Positions 1 through 8,841 of a stretch of 64,000 nucleotides of DNA are shown piece by piece. Source of the DNA: Pikeienuella sp. (GTDB lineage: Bacteria; Pseudomonadota; Alphaproteobacteria; Rhodobacterales; Rhodobacteraceae); assembly GCF_046290545.1 (NCBI RefSeq), contig NZ_JBKAGV010000005.1, positions 109,766-173,765 on the forward strand, in the 5' to 3' direction. The position numbers were made by a program, and so were the translations under genes. Under the pieces are notes generated by a model. It made no database searches and was not told the DNA's origin. It worked only from the letters and a program-made list of their open reading frames with translations. How positions within the stretch are numbered: position 1 is the first letter of the stretch; each line of letters begins with the position of its first letter.

Positions 1-559
1 CCTCGAGACGGGGGAGATCGTCTCCACCCGCGGGCGGAACACGGATGACAGCGAGCGCCACAACGCCGAGCCGGGGGACCTGACAGGCGGCAAGCCCATC
101 GTCGTCCTCATCAACGGCGGCTCCGCCTCCGCCTCGGAGATCGTCGCGGGCGCGCTGCAGGATCATCGCCGCGCGATCATCGTGGGCGAGAAGAGCTTCG
201 GGAAGGGCTCCGTGCAGACCATCATGCCGCTTTCGGGCCAGGGCGCGATGCGGCTGACGACGGCGCGCTACTACACGCCCTCCGGCCGCTCGATCCAGGC
301 GCTCGGCATCGAGCCCGACATTCTTGTCGAGCAGCGGAAGTTCGAGGCCGAGCCGGAGGCGGCGGGGCCGCTCACCCGCCGCAGCGAGGCCGATCTCCGC
401 GGCAGCCTCGAAAACCAGCTGACCGAGGAGGAACAGCAGCTCCTCAAGGAGGAGCGGGAGCGGCACGAGGCGACCGCGAAGCTGCGGGAGGACGATCTCC
501 AGCTCGCCTATGCGCTGGACCTTCTCACCGGCCTCTCGGTCATCGCGCAGACGAAATGA
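1..559 (+). CDS. ctpA: Carboxy-terminal processing protease, S41 family (5' truncated by window edge)
   Basis: Frame open from nt 2: [38 protein letters not shown] contains the S41 catalytic Ser (SASE) and Lys (GKG) motifs; stop overlaps the next ATG (ATGA). Confidence 0.93.
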   Translation, partial: LETGEIVSTRGRNTDDSERHNAEPGDLTGGKPIVVLINGGSASASEIVAGALQDHRRAIIVGEKSFGKGSVQTIMPLSGQGAMRLTTARYYTPSGRSIQALGIEPDILVEQRKFEAEPEAAGPLTRRSEADLRGSLENQLTEEEQQLLKEERERHEATAKLREDDLQLAYALDLLTGLSVIAQTK

Positions 560-1062
560 GCGGGGCGGAAGCCGGGGCGGCGGCCTTCGCGTCGCTCCCC
601 TACCGGCCCTGCGTCGGCCTCGTGCTGATGAACCGGGCCGGGGAGGTGTTCGCTGGGCGGCGGATCGACAATCCGGGCCCCGCCTGGCAGATGCCGCAGG
701 GCGGGATCGACGAGGGGGAGACCCCGCGCGAGGCTGCGCTCCGCGAACTCGGGGAGGAGACGGGCCTCGATCCGGTGCGCGTCGCCGTGCTGGCCGAGAC
801 GGCGGGGTGGATTCCCTATGACCTGCCGGCGGACCTGATCCCGAAGCTCTGGGGCGGGCGGTTCCGCGGGCAGGAGCAGAAATGGTTCCTCCTCCGCTTC
901 CTCGGCGCCGATTCCGAGGTGCGGATCGACGGGGAGCATCCCGAGTTCAGCGAATGGCGCTGGATGGCGCCCGAGGCGCTGATGGAGCGGATCGTGCCCT
1001 TCAAGCGGCAGGTCTACGAGGCGGTGTTCGGGGAATTCGCCGGGCTGGTCGGGCCCGGCTGA
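556..1062 (+). CDS. rppH: RNA pyrophosphohydrolase (Nudix)
   Basis: [33 protein letters not shown] Nudix box, [10 protein letters not shown] and EFSEWRW; ctpA-rppH adjacency is typical of alphaproteobacteria. Confidence 0.93.
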   Translation: MSGAEAGAAAFASLPYRPCVGLVLMNRAGEVFAGRRIDNPGPAWQMPQGGIDEGETPREAALRELGEETGLDPVRVAVLAETAGWIPYDLPADLIPKLWGGRFRGQEQKWFLLRFLGADSEVRIDGEHPEFSEWRWMAPEALMERIVPFKRQVYEAVFGEFAGLVGPG

Positions 1063-1116
1063 GGCCGCGACAACTCCGCCCGTGCGCCGGCCCCCGCGCC
1101 GCGCTAAGGCTGGCGC

Positions 1117-1596
1117 ATGACGACGCTCGCCGACTTCGCCGCAGCCGTGGAGAGCCTCGAGGCCGTGAAGGCGCTCAAGTTCTCGCGCTGGGGCTATTCG
1201 CTGACGAACGCGGCGCATGTGCTCGGCATCGCGCTCCTCGTCGGCGCGATCCTGCCGCTCGACCTCCGGCTCCTCGGCGCCTGGCGGAGCGTGGACCGGG
1301 TCGCGCTGGCGCGGGTTCTCGTGCCCGTCGCGGCGACAGGTCTCCTCCTCGCCGTGGCGGCGGGGGTGGTGCTCTTCTCCGTCCGGGCGCCGCATTACGT
1401 GAAGGTCGATCTCCTCGCCTGGAAGCTCGGGCTGATCGTGACGGGGGCGACGCTGGCGCTGGTCTTCCATGCGCGCGCCGGGCTCTGGGTCGAGCGGGCG
1501 GGGCCGGGGCAGGCGGCGTTCCACGGCGCGGCCTCGCTCGTCTGCTGGCTCGGCGCGCTTCTCTGCGGTCGTCTGATCGCCTATTTTCCGGGTTGA
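1117..1596 (+). CDS. Uncharacterised membrane protein with about 4 TM helices (DUF6644-like, loosely CopD-like)
   Basis: Hydrophobic segments; AHVLGIALLVG...DLRLLG and W/FxxKL motifs; family name recalled, not searched. Confidence 0.65.
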   Translation: MTTLADFAAAVESLEAVKALKFSRWGYSLTNAAHVLGIALLVGAILPLDLRLLGAWRSVDRVALARVLVPVAATGLLLAVAAGVVLFSVRAPHYVKVDLLAWKLGLIVTGATLALVFHARAGLWVERAGPGQAAFHGAASLVCWLGALLCGRLIAYFPG

Positions 1597-1610
1597 AACG
1601 GGAGGCACCG

Positions 1611-1979
1611 ATGAAGATCACCCGCCGCGCCGCGCTCCTCGCGCTCGCCGCCGCGCCCGCCGCGGCGCATCACGGCTTCATGCAATGGGACTACGAGAAC
1701 CCCGTCTTCATCGAGGGCTGGGTCTCGAAGGAGATGGACGGGTTCCCGCACTGGGAGATCTGGGTCCGGGTCGAGGGGAAGGACTGGGAGGTCGATGTCG
1801 GCGACCAGTTCGTGCTGGAGAAGGCCGGGCTCTCCGCTGACGGGAAGGAATTCCGGATGCGGCGGGAGATTCGCGTTGAGGGTTACAGGCCGATGGACAA
1901 GTCGGTGCTCCGCATCCTTCCGCGGCGGATCATTTTCGACGGCGGCGACGAGGCCTACGACATCGTGGTCGAGGGCTGA
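1611..1979 (+). CDS. Exported protein, DUF6152-like; Tat-type signal, predicted mature N-terminus HHG
   Basis: GGAGG RBS then MKITRRAALLALAAAPAAA/HHGFMQWDYENP; true start lies inside track ORF 882..1979. Confidence 0.7.
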   Translation: MKITRRAALLALAAAPAAAHHGFMQWDYENPVFIEGWVSKEMDGFPHWEIWVRVEGKDWEVDVGDQFVLEKAGLSADGKEFRMRREIRVEGYRPMDKSVLRILPRRIIFDGGDEAYDIVVEG

Positions 1980-2247
1980 GGCGCGGCCCGGGCTGCTCCG
2001 GCCTCGCGCGGGTTTGGCCGGGGCAACGCGGTCCGCGCTCCCCTTGGCCCGGGCGACCAGCCCGGGCCGCGGCCTCCCTCCCGCCAGGGAGGCCGCATCG
2101 CGACGGTTCGGGACGTGCAACCGTCGAAGTCCCTGACGACATAAACCGCTGAAACCACTCGCTTCGAGGCGTCGTCCCGAGGGAGCCCGCGGCCCTCCGC
2201 GCGCCGCCCGGCCCGCGGATGGCCCCGGTTTCGCGCGGCCCGCTTCG

Positions 2248-3354
2248 TCAGCCCGGCGCCTCGCCAAGCCTGTCGAGAAACGACAATTGCGGGGCGGGGG
2301 GCGCCGGTGGCGGCGCGAAGAGGTCCTCCCTCAGCGGCGGCGCCGGCCGGTCCAGCCCCGCCTCCCGCGCCGCGCGGGCGAAGCGGCGGCGGATGAGGTC
2401 CGCGAGCGGGCCCTGCCCGGCGAGGCGCTTGCCCCATTCCGGGTCGTAGTCCCTGCCGCCATGCAGGTCCCGCACCTGGCGCATGACGCGCGCCGCACGG
2501 TCCGGAAACGCCGCCTCCAGCCATTCGACGAAAAGGTCCCGCACTTCGAGCGGCAGGCGGAGCACGACATAGCCCGCGCTCTTCGCACCGGAGGCGGCGG
2601 CGGCCTTCAGCAGGCTTTCGATCTCGTGGTCGTTGATCGCGGGGATGAGCGGGGCGGTCATCACGCCGACCGGGCAACCGGCGGCGGCGAGGCGGCGCAT
2701 CGCCCAGAGCCGCCGAGCGGGCTGCGCCGCGCGCGGCTCCATCCGGGCGGAAAGCGCCGGGTCCAATGTCGTGAGCGAGAGCGAGACGCGGGCGAGGCCG
2801 CGCCGCCCCATCGGGCCGAGAATGTCCGCATCCCGCGCCACGAGCGCGGATTTCGTGACGATGGCGACGGGATGGGAGAATTCGGAAAGGACTTCGAGCA
2901 CCCCGCGCATGATCCGCTGCGTCTTCTCGACCGGCTGGTAAGGGTCCGTGTTCGTGCCGATGGCGAGGGTCTTCGGCCGGTATCCGGGGCGGGAGAGGGC
3001 GCGGCGGAGGAGCGCGGGGGCGTCAGGCTTCACGGTGATCTTCGTCTCGAAATCGAGGCCGGGCGAGAGGCCGAGCCAGGCGTGGGTCGGCCGCGCGAAG
3101 CAATAGACGCAGCCATGCTCGCAGCCCCGGTAGGGGTTGAGCGACCGCTCGAAATTCAGGTCCGGCGAGACGACGCGGGAGATGACGCTCTTCGAGCGGT
3201 CGATCGTGAGTTCGGTGCGGAGCCGGGGCGGCTCGCCCTCCTCTTCCTGCGCCCAGCCGTCATCCTCCGCCATGCGCGAAAGATCGAACCGCCCGGAGCG
3301 GTTCGAGACCGCCCCGCGCCCCTTCGCCATGCCGTTCCGATTCGGTGCATTCAT
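2248..3354 (-). CDS. PA0069/Rv2578c-family radical SAM protein (spore-photoproduct-lyase-like)
   Basis: SLNPYRGCEHGCVYCFAR (CxxxCxxC), IGTNTDPYQP, MEPRA and GYVVLRLP motifs; start at 3354 chosen from the adjacent LexA box and -10 element. Confidence 0.9.
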   Translation of the reverse strand: MNAPNRNGMAKGRGAVSNRSGRFDLSRMAEDDGWAQEEEGEPPRLRTELTIDRSKSVISRVVSPDLNFERSLNPYRGCEHGCVYCFARPTHAWLGLSPGLDFETKITVKPDAPALLRRALSRPGYRPKTLAIGTNTDPYQPVEKTQRIMRGVLEVLSEFSHPVAIVTKSALVARDADILGPMGRRGLARVSLSLTTLDPALSARMEPRAAQPARRLWAMRRLAAAGCPVGVMTAPLIPAINDHEIESLLKAAAASGAKSAGYVVLRLPLEVRDLFVEWLEAAFPDRAARVMRQVRDLHGGRDYDPEWGKRLAGQGPLADLIRRRFARAAREAGLDRPAPPLREDLFAPPPAPPAPQLSFLDRLGEAPG

Positions 3355-3357
3355 GAG

Positions 3358-3372
3358 GAACAATATAGGAAC
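3358..3372 (-). promoter_or_regulatory. Alphaproteobacterial LexA (SOS) box GTTC-N7-GTTC
   Basis: Minus strand reads GTTC CTATATT GTTC CTC ATG, an exact consensus match 3 nt before the start codon. Confidence 0.85.
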
Positions 3373-3550
3373 ATTCCGCCCGCGGCGCGAGAGGGAGTCA
3401 GGGCCCATCGGCCGCCTGAAACAATCGATCACGAGTTTATTCGTTTGGAATCAAGGCTCCGATGCCGATTTCCATGGAAATCCCGAAATCAGGGATTGAG
3501 CGCCGCATTCCGCGCTCAAGCAGCGCGAAGCGCGGTAGCGCAAACAAAGA

Positions 3551-3626
3551 TGGTGACTCCGGATGGATTCGAACCATCGACCTGCCGCTTAGGAGGCGGC
3601 CGCTCTATCCCCTGAGCTACGGAGCC
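3551..3626 (-). tRNA. tRNA-Arg (anticodon CCT)
   Basis: GGCTCCGTAGCTCAGGGGATAGAGCGGCCGCCTCCTAAGCGGCAGGTCGATGGTTCGAATCCATCCGGAGTCACCA; cloverleaf, anticodon stem GCCGC/GCGGC, GTTCGAATC T-loop, encoded CCA. Confidence 0.97.
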
Positions 3627-3671
3627 GGCGCGGCGGAAACTACAGGCTCGGGCGCGAAAGGCAACCGCCCC

Positions 3672-5681
3672 TCAGATGTCCAGCATCTCCGCGAAGCGGG
3701 CGTTCTCCTGGATATAGTCGAACCGCGCCTCCGGCTTCTTCCCCATCAGCCGTTCCACAAGGTCCGCCGTCTCCCCCGGCTCGTCGTCGTCGATGGCGAC
3801 GCGGATGAGGGTGCGGGTGGCCGGGTCCATCGTGGTGGACTTCAGGTCCTTCGCGTCCATCTCTCCGAGGCCCTTGAACCGGCTCACGTCGATCCGGCCG
3901 CGGCCCGTGAAGGCGGTCTTCATCAGCCGGTCCCGCTCCGCCTCGTCCTTGGCGTAGACCGACTTTCCGCCCTGGGTCAGCCGGAAGAGCGGCGGCTGCG
4001 CGAGGAAGAGGCGGCCATTGTCCACCAGCGGGCGCATCTGGGTGAAGAAGAAGGTCATCAGGAGCGCGGCGATATGCGCCCCGTCGACATCCGCGTCCGT
4101 CATGATGATGACGCGCTCGTAGCGCAGGTCCTCGTCGTCATAGCGGGAGCCGAGGCCGACGCCGAGCGCGAGGGCGAGGTCCGCGATCTCCTGGTTCTGG
4201 CCGAGCTTGGAGGAGGCGGCGCCGAGCACGTTCAGGATCTTGCCGCGAAGGGGGAGGAGCGCCTGGTTCCGCCGGTCCCGCGCCATCTTGGCGGAGCCGC
4301 CCGCGCTGTCCCCCTCGACGAGGAAGACTTCCGTGCCCTTTCGGTCGGTCGCGGAGCAATCGACGAGCTTGCCGGGGAGGCGGAGCTTCTTCGTCGCGGT
4401 CTTCCGCGCCGTCTCCTTCTCCTTCCGCCGCCGCTGCCGCTCCTCCGCCCGCTCGATGAAGGTCTCGATCAGGGCGCCGGCGGATTTCGGGTCGGCGGCG
4501 AGCCAGTTGTCCCAATGATCGCGCACCGCGCCCTCGACGAGGCGCTGCGCCTCCACGGTCGAGAGACGGTCCTTGGTCTGGCCCACGAAGTCCGGGTCCC
4601 GGATGAAGGCGGAGATCATGGCGCAGCCCTGCGCGAACACGTCCTCCCCCGTGATCTGCGCGGCGCGGCGGTTGCCCGTGAGCTCCCCATAGGCGCGGGC
4701 GCCCTTGGCGAGGGCCGCGCGAAAGCCGGCTTCGTGCGTGCCGCCCTCGGGCGTCGGCACCGTGTTGCAATAGGAGGAGACGAAAGCGTCCCGCATCGGG
4801 GTCCAGTGGATCGCCCATTCGACGGAGCCAGGCGTGCCCGCGAACTTTTCCGCGAACTCGACCTTGCCGGCGAAGGGCAGCGCCGTTTCCGTCGCCACGC
4901 CCTTCAGGGTCGCGCCGAGAAAATCGGCGAGGCCGCCGGGGAAATGGAACACGTCCTCAGCCGGCGTCTCGTCCTGGATCAGCGCGGCGGCGCAGCGCCA
5001 GCGGATCTCGACCCCGCGGAAGAGGTAGGCCTTGGAGCGCGCCATCTTCCAGAGCCGCGCCGGCTTCAGCGCCGCGCGGGGGCCGAAGATTTCGGCGTCG
5101 GGGTGGAAGGTCACGGTCGTCCCCCGCCGGTTCGGCGCCGCGCCGACGCGGGCGAGTGGGGCGAGCGGGGCGCCGCGGGAGAAATCCTGCCGCCAGAGCG
5201 TCCTGTCCCGTGCGACCTCTACCTCCAGCCGGTCGGAGAGCGCGTTCACGACGGAGATGCCGACGCCGTGGAGCCCGCCCGAAGTCTCGTAGGCCTTGCC
5301 GGAGAACTTGCCGCCGGAATGGAGCGTGGTGAGGATCACCTCGAGCGCGGACTTGCCGGGAAAGCGCGGATGAGGGTCCACCGGGATGCCGCGGCCGTTA
5401 TCCGAGATGCGGCAGGCGCCGTCCTCCAGCAGCTCGATCTCGATACGGCTGGCATGGCCCGCGACCGCCTCGTCCATCGAATTGTCCAGCACCTCGGCGA
5501 CGAGATGATGGAGCGCGCGCTCGTCCGTCCCGCCGATATACATGCCGGGGCGCTTGCGGACGGGCTCCAGCCCCTCCAGCACCTCGATGGCGGAGGCGTC
5601 ATAGGCTTTCGATGCGGCGTCCTCGGCGGCGAAGAGGTCCTTCGCGGCCTGGCTTCCCGGGGCGGCGGCCATTGGGCTCAT
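3672..5681 (-). CDS. parE: DNA topoisomerase IV subunit B
   Basis: LEGLEPVRKRPGMYIG, EVLDNSMDE, SGGLHGVG, VEGDSAGG, PLRGKILN, IMTDADVDG and RFKGLGEM; lacks the GyrB insertion. Confidence 0.95.
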   Translation of the reverse strand: MSPMAAAPGSQAAKDLFAAEDAASKAYDASAIEVLEGLEPVRKRPGMYIGGTDERALHHLVAEVLDNSMDEAVAGHASRIEIELLEDGACRISDNGRGIPVDPHPRFPGKSALEVILTTLHSGGKFSGKAYETSGGLHGVGISVVNALSDRLEVEVARDRTLWRQDFSRGAPLAPLARVGAAPNRRGTTVTFHPDAEIFGPRAALKPARLWKMARSKAYLFRGVEIRWRCAAALIQDETPAEDVFHFPGGLADFLGATLKGVATETALPFAGKVEFAEKFAGTPGSVEWAIHWTPMRDAFVSSYCNTVPTPEGGTHEAGFRAALAKGARAYGELTGNRRAAQITGEDVFAQGCAMISAFIRDPDFVGQTKDRLSTVEAQRLVEGAVRDHWDNWLAADPKSAGALIETFIERAEERQRRRKEKETARKTATKKLRLPGKLVDCSATDRKGTEVFLVEGDSAGGSAKMARDRRNQALLPLRGKILNVLGAASSKLGQNQEIADLALALGVGLGSRYDDEDLRYERVIIMTDADVDGAHIAALLMTFFFTQMRPLVDNGRLFLAQPPLFRLTQGGKSVYAKDEAERDRLMKTAFTGRGRIDVSRFKGLGEMDAKDLKSTTMDPATRTLIRVAIDDDEPGETADLVERLMGKKPEARFDYIQENARFAEMLDI

Positions 5682-5729
5682 CCTGTTCTGCTCGACGGTC
5701 CGGGATAATGCGCCGGGAGCGCGGCGTGA

Positions 5730-6905
5730 TCAATGGCGGGCGATGTTGAGGCGAAGGAGGTCGTTCCACCGCTCCGGCGCCATCCAGCGGAGGTTCGGCC
5801 GCTGGGCCGCGACCATCGAGGCCTTCGCGTTGCCCTCGATCAGCCAGACGCGCTCCGCCGTCGGCGCAAGGTCCCATCCGCAATAGGCGTAGTCGGGGAA
5901 GGCCGTATCATGCGCCGCGACGGCGAGGTCCACGATCTCCCGGAAGCGGGGCAGGGGGCGGCCGCGGAAGAGGACGCCGTTGGCCGGGTTCCGCTCGTGC
6001 ATTCTCGATTGCGCGCGGCCCGTCCCGATGGTGAGCAGCCCCGTCTGCGGCTCGACGCCGACATGGATGCCGACGCCGGCGCCGTTGTCCGCCAGCGCCT
6101 CCGGCACGGTCGAGAGCTTCAGCGCGACGGAGACGATTTCCGCCCGCCGCGCCTCGTTCAGGATCGTGTAGACGCGCACGGTGGAGAGCGCCTTTAGCGT
6201 CACGTCGGCGATGTCGGGATGCGAGCGGAGCCGGTCCTGCGCGATCCAGTCCGCCTTCGCGCCCGCGTCGCACCGGAGGCGGACTTCGAGGGCGGGGAGG
6301 CCATCATGACCGGAAGCGGAGACAACGCCGACGCCGAAGCCGCCCGTCCCGAACATCGGCTTCACGAAAAGCTCCGGCGCCTCGGGGAATGAGCGCGCCT
6401 CGATCCGGCCCTTGCGGCAGATCGCGCGAAGCGGGGGATGGGGCAGGCCGTGGCGGGCGCAGCGGGCGGCGAAGGCCGCCTTGTCGTCCATCTCGCAGGT
6501 CCCGTTCCAGTATTGCGGGTTGAGCCTCCGGCTGATCGCCGCCTCCTCGAACCGGCGGACATAGAGCGCGGCCTCGGCCTCGGTCTTCAGGTCCTGCACG
6601 ATCGCGTCCCTCGGGTCGAGGAAGCGGGCGCGGCTGAGCGCCAGCACCGCGGCGGCGCGGTCGGGCGGCAGGGCGTGCGCCCTCGCCAGCGATCGCGCGC
6701 GGCCGGGGAGCCAGGCGAGGAAGGCGAGGCGCGTCAGCCGGAAAAAGAGGCGGCGGAGCGGCCCCGCCTCGCGCCAGATCGCGGCGTAGACGTCATGGAG
6801 CCCGGCTGCGGCGAGAAAGGGCGGCTCCGCGCCCGCCGGCGCGCGGGGGAAGACGAGCGGCGTCTTCTTGAGGAAATACCAGAAGCGGTTGTGCGCGCGG
6901 ATCAT
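5730..6905 (-). CDS. Sugar-transfer-associated ATP-grasp-like protein
   Basis: DDKAAF, FVKPMFGTGGFGV, LSTVRVYT, GWDLA and LIEGN motifs match the ATPgrasp_ST pattern. Confidence 0.72.
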   Translation of the reverse strand: MIRAHNRFWYFLKKTPLVFPRAPAGAEPPFLAAAGLHDVYAAIWREAGPLRRLFFRLTRLAFLAWLPGRARSLARAHALPPDRAAAVLALSRARFLDPRDAIVQDLKTEAEAALYVRRFEEAAISRRLNPQYWNGTCEMDDKAAFAARCARHGLPHPPLRAICRKGRIEARSFPEAPELFVKPMFGTGGFGVGVVSASGHDGLPALEVRLRCDAGAKADWIAQDRLRSHPDIADVTLKALSTVRVYTILNEARRAEIVSVALKLSTVPEALADNGAGVGIHVGVEPQTGLLTIGTGRAQSRMHERNPANGVLFRGRPLPRFREIVDLAVAAHDTAFPDYAYCGWDLAPTAERVWLIEGNAKASMVAAQRPNLRWMAPERWNDLLRLNIARH

Positions 6906-6931
6906 GTCCGCGGCTCATTCTCCGATTCCGG

Positions 6932-7867
6932 TCACGCTTTCGTGACGGTTTCCGGCGGCGGCAGCGGCTCCGGCGCCCGGGCGGCGCCCGCCTTCGCGTC
7001 CCGCAGCGCGAGGAGGACGGCGCCGGCGACGATGAGCCCCGCCCCGGCGAAGGAAAGCGCGGTCGGGATCGTGCCGAACCAGAGCGCGTCATAGAGCGCG
7101 GCGAAGACGAGCGTGGCGTAGAAGAACGGGGTGGCGAAGCTGGCGTCCGTCACCTTCAGCGTCGCCATGAACAGCGCCTGCGCCGTCACCATCGTCCAGC
7201 CGACAAGCGCCATCATGACAAGCTCCGCCGCCGAGGGCAGGCGCCAGACGAAGGCGGCGGCGAGGAGGGCGACGGCCGCGCCGAGGAGGTTGGTGCAGAA
7301 GAGCATCCTCAGCACCCCCTCCCGCCGCGCCAGGAGCTTGGCGAAGATGATCTCCACCGCCATGAAGAGCGCGGCGGCGAGGGCGATGAGCGCGCCCGGC
7401 TCGGTCGCGCCCGAGCCGGGGCGGATGAGGAGCGCGCCGCCCGCCAGCGCCACCGCGGCGGCGGCCCAGCGCACCTTCCCCACCCGCTCCCCCAGGAAGA
7501 GGATGGCGAGGATCATCGCGAAGACCGGGTTGAGGAAGCTGATCGCCGTCGCGTCCGCCAGCGGGATCATCGCCGCTGCGGCGAAGAGCCCGGTGACGCC
7601 GGCCCAGCCGAAGACGGAACGGCCGGCATAGAGCCCCCAGGGCGCGCCGGAGAGCCCCTGCCGCCGCCAGAGCATGAGGACGGAAAGCGCCAGCAGCGCG
7701 AAGCCGTAGCGGCCGAGCACGATCTCGAACGGGTGCATCGGCTCGCCGCCCCATTCCTCCCCGATCCCGCGCCCCAGAGCCTTCGCGAGGAAGGTTGAGA
7801 GCGCGACGAAGGCGCAGCAGAGCGTCATGTAGAGCGCGGCGCGGAGCGGCGGGGACAGGGCGATCAT
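6932..7867 (-). CDS. DMT/EamA family transporter
   Basis: About 10 TM helices; ADATAISFLNPVF, LGERVGKVRW and PFFYATLVFA. Confidence 0.88.
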   Translation of the reverse strand: MIALSPPLRAALYMTLCCAFVALSTFLAKALGRGIGEEWGGEPMHPFEIVLGRYGFALLALSVLMLWRRQGLSGAPWGLYAGRSVFGWAGVTGLFAAAAMIPLADATAISFLNPVFAMILAILFLGERVGKVRWAAAAVALAGGALLIRPGSGATEPGALIALAAALFMAVEIIFAKLLARREGVLRMLFCTNLLGAAVALLAAAFVWRLPSAAELVMMALVGWTMVTAQALFMATLKVTDASFATPFFYATLVFAALYDALWFGTIPTALSFAGAGLIVAGAVLLALRDAKAGAARAPEPLPPPETVTKA

Positions 7868-7907
7868 CGCCCGCCCTTGCGCCCGGCGGCGCGATTCGTC
7901 CAGCGGA

Positions 7908-8837
7908 TCAGCCGCAGAACCCGGCGATGAGGCGGCAAACCTCGTCCGGCTTCTGGTGGTGGAGCCAATGGTCCGCCCCCGCGACCTCGACGCGGCGGAG
8001 ATCGTCGCAGAGCGCCTCCAGCCCCTCCGTCGCGGCGGGGAGGAGCGCCCTGTCCCCCGTCCCCCAGATCAGGAGATGGGGCATGCGGATGCGGAGCCGC
8101 GCCGGGTCGAGCGGGAGGAGCGCCGAGTCGGGCAGGGGCGCGCCGGCGTCGGCCACTTTCAGCGGCGTCGCGCGATACCAGTTCAGCATCCCCGTCAGCG
8201 CGCCGGGCTCCGCCCAGGCCGCGCGGTAGCGGGCGAGGCGGTCTCCGGCGAGCCAGGAGAGGTCCATGCCCTCGGCGAAGAGCTTCTCCAACTTCGCGAA
8301 ATCGTCGGCGGAGAGCCGCGCCTCCGCCTCCGGCGACCGGAGATAGTGGAAATATTGCGAGGCGGCGGATTGCGCGCCGCCCGCCGCCAGCGCCCGCTGG
8401 AAGGGGATCGGATGCGCGCCGTTCATGATGACGAGCCGCTCCATAAGCTCCGGGCGGGCGATGGCGAGGGCGTAGGCGACGGAGGCGCCCCAGTCATGCC
8501 CGACCACGGCGCGCGCCTTCGGCGCGAAATGCGTCAGGACCGCCGCCGCGTCCCCCGCCAGCTTGCCGGCGGCGTAGTCCTTCACATCGGCGGGCTTCGA
8601 GGAGCGGCCATAGCCGCGCTGGTCCGGCGCGACGAGATGGAAGCTTCCGGCGAGCCGCTCCAGCACCTCCTCCCACGCTCCGGAATATTCCGGGAAGCCG
8701 TGGAGGAGAAGGAGGAGCGGCGCGCCCGGCTCCCCGGCTTCGAGGCAATGGAAGCGGAGGCCCTGATGGGCGATTTTGGTCTCTCGGATCACCGGAGGAG
8801 GATCGGCCGGCGCGCGGGGCCAGTCAATCGCCCGCAC
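7908..8837 (-). CDS. Alpha/beta hydrolase (epoxide-hydrolase-like)
   Basis: HGFPEY oxyanion motif, DQRGYGRS, GHDWGA nucleophile Asp, ADHWLH catalytic His. Confidence 0.88.
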   Translation of the reverse strand: MRAIDWPRAPADPPPVIRETKIAHQGLRFHCLEAGEPGAPLLLLLHGFPEYSGAWEEVLERLAGSFHLVAPDQRGYGRSSKPADVKDYAAGKLAGDAAAVLTHFAPKARAVVGHDWGASVAYALAIARPELMERLVIMNGAHPIPFQRALAAGGAQSAASQYFHYLRSPEAEARLSADDFAKLEKLFAEGMDLSWLAGDRLARYRAAWAEPGALTGMLNWYRATPLKVADAGAPLPDSALLPLDPARLRIRMPHLLIWGTGDRALLPAATEGLEALCDDLRRVEVAGADHWLHHQKPDEVCRLIAGFCG

Positions 8838-8841
8838 GGCG

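Noticed and set aside
1980-2247. tmRNA, 6S RNA, RNase P or riboswitch
   Set aside because: No tag-peptide frame or T-arm/CCA and no RNase P conserved boxes. There is only a superficial GACGACA...GAA.CCA likeness to E. coli 6S, without the expected long rod or zapA/ygfA context. The position between convergent 3' ends excludes a riboswitch
3551-3626. Prophage or genomic island integrated at tRNA-Arg
   Set aside because: No integrase, no duplicated tRNA 3' end seen in the window, and the flanking genes are ordinary chromosomal genes
3672-5681. gyrB
   Set aside because: The length of about 665 aa without the proteobacterial GyrB insertion, and C-terminal motifs of ParE type, favour parE
3462-5708. 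748-aa plus-strand ORF antisense to parE, and similar long shadow ORFs (13569-15422, 31317-33551, 34661-36175, 44381-45955, 49534-51558, 58581-60893)
   Set aside because: They mirror well-supported genes on the other strand or frame, have no recognisable motifs, and are expected from stop-codon scarcity in very high-GC coding DNA
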